Assembly: GCA_945870865.1 (NCBI GenBank) | Contig: CAMBTO010000002.1 | Span: 22,535 to 86,534, forward strand | Length of the DNA: 64,000 nt | DNA from: Klebsiella pneumoniae | Lineage (GTDB): Bacteria > Pseudomonadota > Gammaproteobacteria > Eutrophobiales > Eutrophobiaceae | Direction: 5' to 3' | In this document: piece by piece, positions 57,161 to 64,000 of the stretch | Layout: every line of letters begins with the position of its first letter | Position numbering within the stretch: the first letter of the stretch is position 1 | Notes under the pieces: generated by a model | The model's input: only the letters and a program-made list of their open reading frames with translations | What the model was told of the DNA's origin: nothing | Database searches by the model: none | Translations under genes and position numbers: made by a program

Positions 57161-58657
57161 TTATTTGTGCGAGCAGCGTTCAAGTATGTATTGCATCAAC
57201 AGCTTGACCGGTCTGCCGGTGGCACCCTTGTCTGCGCCGCTCGTCCAGGCGGTGCCGGCAATATCGAGATGGGCCCAACGAAACTTTTTGGTAAACCGTG
57301 ACAGGAAACAGGCCGCCGTAATCGTACCGCCGTCGCGACCGCCGATATTGGCCATGTCGGCAAACGGGCTGTCCAGTAGCGATTGGTATTCGTCCCACAA
57401 CGGCATCTGCCAGGCGCGGTCGCCGGTGTATTCCCCGGCCGCGAGTAGGTCATTCGCCAGCGGGCTGTGGTTGCCCAGCAGGCCGGTAGCGACCTTGCCC
57501 AGTGCGACGACGCAGGCGCCGGTCAGGGTGGCAATATCGATGACCACATCCGGGTTGTAGCGCTCGCTGTAGGTTAGCGCGTCGCACAGGATCAGGCGGC
57601 CTTCCGCGTCGGTATTCAGTACTTCGACCGTCTGGCCGGACATCGTGGTAAAGATATCGCCCGGTTTGGTCGCGGTGCCGCTCGGCATGTTTTCGACCGT
57701 GGGGACGACGCCGATCAGATTGACCTGGAGCCCGAGTTCCGCGACGGCACAGATGACGCCGAGTACCGAGGCGGCACCACACATATCAAATTTCATCTCA
57801 TCCATCGCTGCTGCCGGCTTGATAGAGATACCGCCGGTATCAAAGGTCACGCCTTTGCCGACCATCACGATCGGCTTGTCATCCTTGCGCCCATTGTAAT
57901 ATTCCATCGTGATCAACTTCGGTGGCTCGGCCGAACCGGCTGAGACGGACAGTAGAGAGTTCATGCCCAGCTTGCGCATATCATCGCGTTCTAGCACGCT
58001 GACCTTTACGCTCTTGTAGGTCTTGCCGAGTTGTTGCGCCTGCGCGGCCAGATGGGTTGGTGTGCACACATTCGAGGGCCGGTTGGCGAGGTCGCGGGTC
58101 AGGCGGATACCTTTGGAGATTCCCTGTCCCTCGCGGATGGCGGCATCACCGGCGGGCAAGTCACGGCGTGACGTTACCGTCAGCACCAGCCTGCGCAGTG
58201 ATTTTTTCTCGCGTTTTTTCTTGCTCTTGAATTCGTTGAACTGGTAGAGGCAATGGTTAATGATCTCGACGGTATGCCGGACCTTCCAGTGAACATCACG
58301 ACTCTTCAGATTCAGTTCGGGCAGATAACTGACCGCCTCGGTCGCGCCTGTCTGGGTCAGTTGTTTGATGCTGTGTTCGGTTATCTTGCGGAATTTCGCG
58401 TCATCGAGATCACGCTCACGACCGCAACCTATCAGCAGGACGCGGTCGGCCAGCAGTCCGGGTACGTTGTGCAACACCAGCGATTGGCCGATCTTGCCGT
58501 CCATGTCGCCACGGCGCAGCAGGTTCGACAGGTGGCGATTGCTGGCCTCATCTATGGCCTTGGCCGCACTGCCGAGGCGTCGGGGCTCGGATATACCCAC
58601 GATCAGGCAGGCTGTCCGTTGTTTTTCAGGGCTTCCGCTTTTAATGATGAATTCCAT
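57161..58657 (-). CDS. pepA: leucyl aminopeptidase (cytosol aminopeptidase, M17)
   Basis: NTDAEGRL signature plus the Zn-binding residues of the M17 family. 498 aa. Confidence 0.95.
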   Translation of the reverse strand: MEFIIKSGSPEKQRTACLIVGISEPRRLGSAAKAIDEASNRHLSNLLRRGDMDGKIGQSLVLHNVPGLLADRVLLIGCGRERDLDDAKFRKITEHSIKQLTQTGATEAVSYLPELNLKSRDVHWKVRHTVEIINHCLYQFNEFKSKKKREKKSLRRLVLTVTSRRDLPAGDAAIREGQGISKGIRLTRDLANRPSNVCTPTHLAAQAQQLGKTYKSVKVSVLERDDMRKLGMNSLLSVSAGSAEPPKLITMEYYNGRKDDKPIVMVGKGVTFDTGGISIKPAAAMDEMKFDMCGAASVLGVICAVAELGLQVNLIGVVPTVENMPSGTATKPGDIFTTMSGQTVEVLNTDAEGRLILCDALTYSERYNPDVVIDIATLTGACVVALGKVATGLLGNHSPLANDLLAAGEYTGDRAWQMPLWDEYQSLLDSPFADMANIGGRDGGTITAACFLSRFTKKFRWAHLDIAGTAWTSGADKGATGRPVKLLMQYILERCSHK

Positions 58658-58817
58658 GATCTTCTGTACTATCCCCGGATTGGTTTAATGTGTTTGTACC
58701 GTTATGCTTATATGCTTATGCAGTCCATATTGGGCAGGATCCTGCATATTTTCCCGAGTTTATCACGTGTATAGTCCTGGACGCATTAATGTAAATGAGT
58801 GGTCGCCAAATTAAAAG

Positions 58818-59912
58818 ATGATACTTGAGCGTTACATCCAGAGGGAAATCCTGGCCAAACTCGGCTGGATCATGACCTTTTTGCTGGCAATCCTCGCCAG
58901 CAACCGCTTTGTCGATTATCTGGCTGATGCGGCCGCCGGTGATCTGCCTGCGAATCTGATCCTGCAAATGTTGTTGATGAAGCTGCTGTCGATGTTGCCC
59001 CGACTATTACCGGTGGCGCTGTTGCTCGGTGTCGTGCTGGCTCTGGCGCGGATGACGCAGGACCGTGAGCTGACCGTGGTCGCAAGCTCGGGCATACCCG
59101 AGACTTCAACGATCAAGACGATACTGAAACTTTCGATGCTGTATGCCGTGTTCGTATTTCTGATCACCTTTTTCCTGGCACCGTGGGCGGAGGCCGAGGT
59201 GCGTGCGCTGACGCGGCGTGCCGAGGTGGAGTCCGATATCAGCGGTATTTCCGCCGGGCAGTTTCGCGAGTTCAGCAAGGGCGATATGGTCGTCTATGTG
59301 GAACAGTTGAACAGGCTGACCGAGACGATGTCAGACGTGTTCCTGCAAATCCGTCAGGGTGAACAGCTGGCCTTGATCCGAGCGGCCCATGCGAAACTGC
59401 ATATGCAACCTGAGTCCGGCAGTCGTTATGTCATTTTTGAAAACGGCAACCGTTATATCGGTGAACCGGGTCAGGTCAATTACCAGATCACCCACTACCG
59501 CAATTATGCGGTGTTGCTGGAGCAGGGCCAGCATGAGACGGACCTGACCTGGATGGAGGTGATACCCAGTTTGCGTTTGTTTCAGTCTGACCAGACGCAG
59601 TATCATGCCGAGTTGCAATGGCGGATCTCGTTTGTGATAGCCGCGATACTGCTGCCGTTACTGGCATTTGCGGTAAACCGTTATGCCTCACGTGACAGTC
59701 GATATGTCTCTGTGTTTGTCTGCATCCTGATCTATCTGATTTACAGCAATCTTCTGGGTGTTTCGCGGACACTGCTGAAGCGGGGTGACGTATCAGCCTA
59801 TGTTGGTCTGTGGTGGGTGCATTTACTGTTGCTGGCGACGATAGTGGTGCTGGTCAAACTGCCTGCGTTGCGCGCCTGGTTTCGGCGCAAGACCGCAGCG
59901 GATGTGGTGTAA
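58818..59912 (+). CDS. lptF: LPS export ABC permease LptF
   Basis: N-terminus MILERYIQREIL…, 6-TM permease (YjgP/YjgQ family) topology, and it is divergent from pepA as in E. coli. Confidence 0.9.
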   Translation: MILERYIQREILAKLGWIMTFLLAILASNRFVDYLADAAAGDLPANLILQMLLMKLLSMLPRLLPVALLLGVVLALARMTQDRELTVVASSGIPETSTIKTILKLSMLYAVFVFLITFFLAPWAEAEVRALTRRAEVESDISGISAGQFREFSKGDMVVYVEQLNRLTETMSDVFLQIRQGEQLALIRAAHAKLHMQPESGSRYVIFENGNRYIGEPGQVNYQITHYRNYAVLLEQGQHETDLTWMEVIPSLRLFQSDQTQYHAELQWRISFVIAAILLPLLAFAVNRYASRDSRYVSVFVCILIYLIYSNLLGVSRTLLKRGDVSAYVGLWWVHLLLLATIVVLVKLPALRAWFRRKTAADVV

Positions 59913-59918
59913 TCGACA

Positions 59919-60980
59919 ATGAGAATACTGCGACGTTATATTAGCCGTGACCTGTTATGGACCACCATGCTGGCCTTGTTTGTCATGGTAGCGTTGTTTT
60001 CCTTTTTTACGCTGGTCGATCAGCTGGATGATACCGGCCAGGGCCGATACGGTGTGTTGCAGGCGATCATGTATGTTGTGCTGACCGTACCCCGTCTGGC
60101 CTATGATCTGTTCCCGATTGCGGCGGTGATTGGCAGCATGACCGTGCTCGGGATCTTGGCACGCAATAGTGAGCTTGATGTGATCTATACGTCCGGTGTG
60201 TCGCGGTTCCGGCTTGCCGCCTTGCTGGCAAGGTCGTCCCTGCTGATGCTGGTTATGGTCATCCTGCTCGGTGAACTGATCGCACCTTATAGTGAAGATA
60301 AGGCGCAAAACCTGCGTTCGCTGTCGCTGTCCGAGCAGATCACGATGAAGACCCGATACGGGTTCTGGATCCGCGATGGCAACAGTTATGTGAATATCCG
60401 CAAGGTGCTGTCCGGCAACCGTATCGAACAGATTTATCTGTACGAATTTGCCACCGACGGCAGCCTGCGCCGCAGCCTGTATGCCGGCAGTGCTGATTAT
60501 GTTAATGGCAAATGGAACATGCGGGACATTGTTGAATCGGTTATCAGCACCGAAAAAATCGAAAATACTTCTCGCCAGTCGACGACGTGGGAGTCGTTGC
60601 TGAACCCGGAAATCATCAACGTCGTCATCGTCCAGCCGCAGTATCTGACCTTGCCGGGTCTGATCAACTATATCGAATATCTGCACCATAACCTGCAGGA
60701 TACGCGCCTGTATGAACAGGCCCTGTGGGCAAAACTGGTCAAACCGTTTTCAATCCTTGGCATGATCATGCTGGCAGTGCCGCTGGTGCGCGGTCTGGCA
60801 CGCTCGCCCGTAGTGGGGCAGCGTGTATTCACCGGGACGCTGGCCGGGATAATTTTTCACCTGGCCAATGAGGTCAGTGTAAATCTGGGGGTGGTTTACC
60901 AGATCCATCCGGCGATCAGCGTCATCGTGCCGACGCTATTACTCTACCTGCTGATATTGGCGCTGTTGCGTACCGAATAG
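59919..60980 (+). CDS. lptG: LPS export ABC permease LptG
   Basis: MRILRRYISRDLL…, YjgP/YjgQ family, immediately downstream of lptF. Confidence 0.9.
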   Translation: MRILRRYISRDLLWTTMLALFVMVALFSFFTLVDQLDDTGQGRYGVLQAIMYVVLTVPRLAYDLFPIAAVIGSMTVLGILARNSELDVIYTSGVSRFRLAALLARSSLLMLVMVILLGELIAPYSEDKAQNLRSLSLSEQITMKTRYGFWIRDGNSYVNIRKVLSGNRIEQIYLYEFATDGSLRRSLYAGSADYVNGKWNMRDIVESVISTEKIENTSRQSTTWESLLNPEIINVVIVQPQYLTLPGLINYIEYLHHNLQDTRLYEQALWAKLVKPFSILGMIMLAVPLVRGLARSPVVGQRVFTGTLAGIIFHLANEVSVNLGVVYQIHPAISVIVPTLLLYLLILALLRTE

Positions 60981-60984
60981 GGTG

Positions 60985-61039
60985 CTAAATAACGGTTCCG
61001 AAATCCTCGACGGTTCTGGATTTCGGAACCGTTATTTAG
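60985..61039. terminator. 22-bp perfect inverted repeat (11-nt loop) between convergent lptG and RDD-protein genes; hairpin terminator-like, no U-tract
   Basis: CTAAATAACGGTTCCGAAATCC-tcgacggttct-GGATTTCGGAACCGTTATTTAG. The right arm overlaps the RDD gene stop codon. Confidence 0.5.
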
Positions 61040-61455
61040 ACTCTGTACAGTCCGGTCCCGGAATAGCGATCGTGCATGGTCCTGCCTTGTGCATCAACCA
61101 GCGCCCAGAGAAACCCGCCGCCTAGCAATATCCAGGATAGCATGGCGAGAGAGAAATGCAGGCTGGCCAGACGCCAGCTGATCGTGCCGCCCGCAGGTGT
61201 TATCATCCGGACCTTCCATGCGCGCATACCCAGCGTCTGTCCGCCGTGTGTCCATTGCCAGCAAAAATACAGGTGACAGCATGAAATCAGGTAGAGCAGG
61301 TACAGATAGTTACCGCTGTGGATGGCGTTGCCTCCGGTAAACAGGAGCAGTGCAGCGGTGGCCATGAACAGCACTCCTGCCAGTAACAGGCAGTCGTAGG
61401 CGATGGCGAGCAAGCGCCGGAACAGGCCGCAGCGTATAGGTAGAATTTCAGTCAT
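61036..61455 (-). CDS. RDD-family membrane protein
   Basis: 139 aa with 3 TM helices and the RDD-family pattern (R…D…D spacing with AYDCLL…WQWTHGGQTLGMRAWKVRM). Confidence 0.65.
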   Translation of the reverse strand: MTEILPIRCGLFRRLLAIAYDCLLLAGVLFMATAALLLFTGGNAIHSGNYLYLLYLISCCHLYFCWQWTHGGQTLGMRAWKVRMITPAGGTISWRLASLHFSLAMLSWILLGGGFLWALVDAQGRTMHDRYSGTGLYRV

Positions 61456-61466
61456 GATTATTATAA

Positions 61467-61542
61467 TGGCGCTCCCTAGGGGATTCGAACCCCTGTTACC
61501 GGCGTGAGAGGCCAGCGTCCTAGGCCTCTAGACGAAGGGAGC
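61467..61542 (-). tRNA. tRNA-Glu (anticodon CUC), CCA encoded
   Basis: The minus-strand sequence GCTCCCTTCGTCTAGAGGCCTAGGACGCTGGCCTCTCACGCCGGTAACAGGGGTTCGAATCCCCTAGGGAGCGCCA is near-identical in D-arm, T-arm and acceptor stem to E. coli tRNA-Glu. The anticodon loop is CUCUCAC. Confidence 0.85.
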
Positions 61543-61717
61543 GGAACACAGAAGGGCGCTATAATACTTGTGAATTCAATCAGATCATAGTGTGAATCGA
61601 TCCTGATTCTGCTGTATCGTATCGGCCACGATGTTATTTTCTGGAAAACCGTACTTGCCGGTGTCGTCAGCTGCACTGGCATTAGCGCTCTGAAACGGCC
61701 CGATATACAGATAAAAT

Positions 61718-63049
61718 ATGATGAAAACAGGAAATGAAACCAGCAACGTCAGCCAGTTGCGGCCACGGCCGCAGGTGATACCGCGCGCGGACCACAATAT
61801 CTCCCGCAACCAGATCAGTGAAAATGCGCTAAAGGTGTTGTACCGGCTTAAGAACGGCGGTTATGGTGCCTATCTGGTCGGTGGCAGTGTGCGTGACCTG
61901 TTACTCGGTCGCGAACCGAAGGATTTTGATGTGGCGACCGATGCCCGTCCTGATCAAATTCGTGAACTGTTCCGTAACAGTCGCCTGATAGGTCGACGCT
62001 TCCGCCTTGCCCATGTCAGATACGGCGATGAAATAATCGAGGTATCGACCTTCCGCGCCCACCATACCCCCGACGATGGGGATAGGCAGATGACGGAGGG
62101 CAGGATCCTTGAAGACAATGTCTACGGCACAATTGATGATGATGCCTGGCGACGCGATTTCACCGTCAATTCGCTTTATTACAATATTGAAGATTTTTCG
62201 GTCATAGATTATGTCGGCGGGATGAATGATATCCGCGCCGGGCGTATCCGCCTGATTGGAAACCCGGATCAGCGTTATATCGAAGACCCGGTCAGGATGT
62301 TGCGTGCAGTCAGGTTTGCGGTGAAGCTCGGTTTCCGTATAGATCCTGAGTCCGAAAAGCCGATATTCAGGCTGAATGAATTATTGAAAGACATCCCGGC
62401 AGCACGCCTGTTTGAGGAATGTATCAAGCTGTTTACCGGAGGGCAGGCGCTGGAGACGTTTGAGCAGCTGCGCCATTTCGATCTGTTCCGCATCCTGTTT
62501 CCGCAGACCGACGAGGTGTTACAGCAGCAGGAAGGTGGCTTTCCGCATACGCTGCTGATACATGCCTTGCGTAATACGGACAGCCGGATCGCGGAAGGAA
62601 AACCGGTCTCACCAGGCTTTTTGATTGCGGCATTGTTATGGATGCCGATGATAGAGCTGTCCCGTACATATATGGAAAGCGGCTTGTCGGAGCTTGATTC
62701 GATTACGCTCGCCAGCGATGTAGTCATCTCCAAGCAAGTACACAGCACAGCGATGCCACGCCGGCATACGCAGATGGCAAGGGATGTCTGGCAGATGCAG
62801 TCCAGGTTGCAACGGATCAAGGGCAGTCGTCCGCAGCGCTTGTTGCAACATCCGAAGTTCCGTGCCGCGTATGACTTCCTGTTGTTGCGCACTGAGGCCG
62901 GTGAAAATGAGAAGGAACTGGCGGACTGGTGGACGGCGTTTCTTGAAAACCCGGAACAGGTACTCGCGCAGACGCAGGACAAACCGGCCGGTCCGCGCCG
63001 GAAAAGGCGCCGTGGTGGCAGGAACCGGTCACGTAAGCCACAGGTTTGA
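61718..63049 (+). CDS. pcnB: poly(A) polymerase I
   Basis: GGSVRDLLLGREPKDFDVAT nucleotidyltransferase motif, a head domain and the basic C-terminal tail. folK follows as in E. coli. Confidence 0.9.
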   Translation: MMKTGNETSNVSQLRPRPQVIPRADHNISRNQISENALKVLYRLKNGGYGAYLVGGSVRDLLLGREPKDFDVATDARPDQIRELFRNSRLIGRRFRLAHVRYGDEIIEVSTFRAHHTPDDGDRQMTEGRILEDNVYGTIDDDAWRRDFTVNSLYYNIEDFSVIDYVGGMNDIRAGRIRLIGNPDQRYIEDPVRMLRAVRFAVKLGFRIDPESEKPIFRLNELLKDIPAARLFEECIKLFTGGQALETFEQLRHFDLFRILFPQTDEVLQQQEGGFPHTLLIHALRNTDSRIAEGKPVSPGFLIAALLWMPMIELSRTYMESGLSELDSITLASDVVISKQVHSTAMPRRHTQMARDVWQMQSRLQRIKGSRPQRLLQHPKFRAAYDFLLLRTEAGENEKELADWWTAFLENPEQVLAQTQDKPAGPRRKRRRGGRNRSRKPQV

Positions 63050-63534
63050 TGATGGTCGTATATATTGGTCTGGGCAGTAATATGGACCATCCGCAGCAAC
63101 AGGTCACAGCAGCGTTGTCAGAACTTGCGTGTTTGCCTGATACCGCGTTGCTGCAGGCCTCCTCACTCTACCAGAGTGCACCGCTGGGGCCGCAGGAACA
63201 GCCAGACTTTATTAATGCCGTCGTCAGTCTGGAGACGGCATTGACGGCAGAGGCACTGCTGGATGCGCTCCAGCAAATTGAACAAAACCACGCACGAGTC
63301 CGCACGATGCATTGGGGACCCCGCACACTGGATCTGGATATACTTTTATACGGGGATATGAGTATCAAGACGCAAAGATTGACGGTGCCGCATCCGGAAA
63401 TGATCAGACGCAGTTTTGTGCTTGAGCCATTGCTGGAGTTAGCCCCGCTTATTGACATACCCGGCGTTGGACTTGCCATTGATTTATATCGGGGCTTGCA
63501 GGCCGAACCTTTGCAAAGGATAGGCGCGTTGTGA
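63046..63534 (+). CDS. folK: 2-amino-4-hydroxy-6-hydroxymethyldihydropteridine pyrophosphokinase
   Basis: VYIGLGSN…P…DLDIL motif. ~160 aa. Overlaps the pcnB stop. Confidence 0.9.
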   Translation: MMMVVYIGLGSNMDHPQQQVTAALSELACLPDTALLQASSLYQSAPLGPQEQPDFINAVVSLETALTAEALLDALQQIEQNHARVRTMHWGPRTLDLDILLYGDMSIKTQRLTVPHPEMIRRSFVLEPLLELAPLIDIPGVGLAIDLYRGLQAEPLQRIGAL

Positions 63535-64000
63535 GCAAGGTCAGCCCGGAGTATATCGTGATAGAAGGCCCTATCGGTGTGGGCAAAACCACGCTCGCCA
63601 TCCGTCTCGCAGATGCCCTCGGCACCGATCTGATGCTTGAGTCCGCCTCCGAGAATCCGTTTCTGCCAAAGTTTTACCAGGATCCGAAGTCCGCCGCGTT
63701 ACCAACGCAGTTACACTTTCTGTTTCAGCGCCTCCGCCAGATGGAAGCCCTCCGGCAAACTGATCTGTTTAAACCCTCGCTGGTCTCTGATTTTCTGGTC
63801 CAGAAAGACAAGCTGTTTGCCGGCATCACGTTGAGTGACCAGGAACTTGACCTGTATAACCAGATCTACAGTCGACTCGCGCTGGATGAGGCCCCGGCGC
63901 CTGATCTGGTGATCTATCTGCAGGCCAATGTTGACGATCTGCAACGTCGGGTCTATGAGCGCGGGAACAACTATGAAAGAAACATCAATGAGCAGTACCT
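63531..64000 (+). CDS. deoxynucleoside kinase (dGK/dCK family), 3'-partial at window end; GTG start overlapping folK stop (GTGA)
   Basis: P-loop IVIEGPIGVGKTT and dNK-family motifs (…ERSL/ DRxxxE-like). The ORF is open to position 64000. It was not in the supplied ORF track because it has no stop in the window. Confidence 0.7.
   Translation, partial: MSKVSPEYIVIEGPIGVGKTTLAIRLADALGTDLMLESASENPFLPKFYQDPKSAALPTQLHFLFQRLRQMEALRQTDLFKPSLVSDFLVQKDKLFAGITLSDQELDLYNQIYSRLALDEAPAPDLVIYLQANVDDLQRRVYERGNNYERNINEQY

Noticed and set aside
61467-63049. Genomic island or integrase attached to the tRNA-Glu gene
   Set aside because: Both flanks (RDD protein, pcnB-folK) are ordinary core genes, and there is no integrase, direct repeat of the tRNA 3' end or GC shift.

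Overview
This 64-kb window looks like a gammaproteobacterial chromosome segment (likely marine; GC ~55-60%). It mixes conserved housekeeping blocks with accessory loci. Housekeeping: TRAP transporter dctPQM-like at 1-2295; ltaE, rhlE, rdgC and ppiC at 13-19.4 kb; cysE-ptsP at 49.7-52.8 kb; the E. coli-like syntenic block valS-holC-pepA / lptF-lptG at 53.5-61 kb; then an RDD protein, tRNA-Glu, pcnB-folK and a partial deoxynucleoside kinase. Accessory: two divergent paralogous TonB-dependent receptors flanking a 4,5-dihydroxyphthalate-decarboxylase-family gene, a PEP-CTERM protein, esterase, phytase and amidase. The outstanding feature is a ~20.6-kb, 8-gene, tightly overlapping minus-strand operon (28925-49522). 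It fuses a PUFA-synthase-type polyketide/fatty-acid megasynthase with the complete olefin (head-to-head hydrocarbon) pathway oleABCD and ends with the Sfp-type PPTase pfaE. The megasynthase comprises PfaD enoyl reductase, PfaA KS-AT-3xACP-KR-DH, and a PfaC-like KS-CLF-AT-DH-DH that carries its own AT, so there is no separate pfaB. This reads as a single-operon 'PUFA-synthase-to-polyolefin' factory. A second interesting zone (21.5-24.1 kb) looks like a decayed or rearranged region. It holds a yihY remnant truncated at both ends, an ~800-bp AT-rich non-coding stretch with several GC-rich perfect hairpins (candidate sRNA/terminator), and a pmp3/yqaE gene frameshifted in a T-run. Other oddities: an orphan OmpR-type response regulator with a tandem 19-bp repeat at its 3' end, next to a leaderless orphan SCPU (Csu-pilin-like) domain ORF and a MEKHLA-domain gene; and a 22-bp perfect palindrome between lptG and the RDD gene. 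No CRISPR, IS elements or integrases were seen. All functional calls rest on motif/family recognition by eye and not on database searches.
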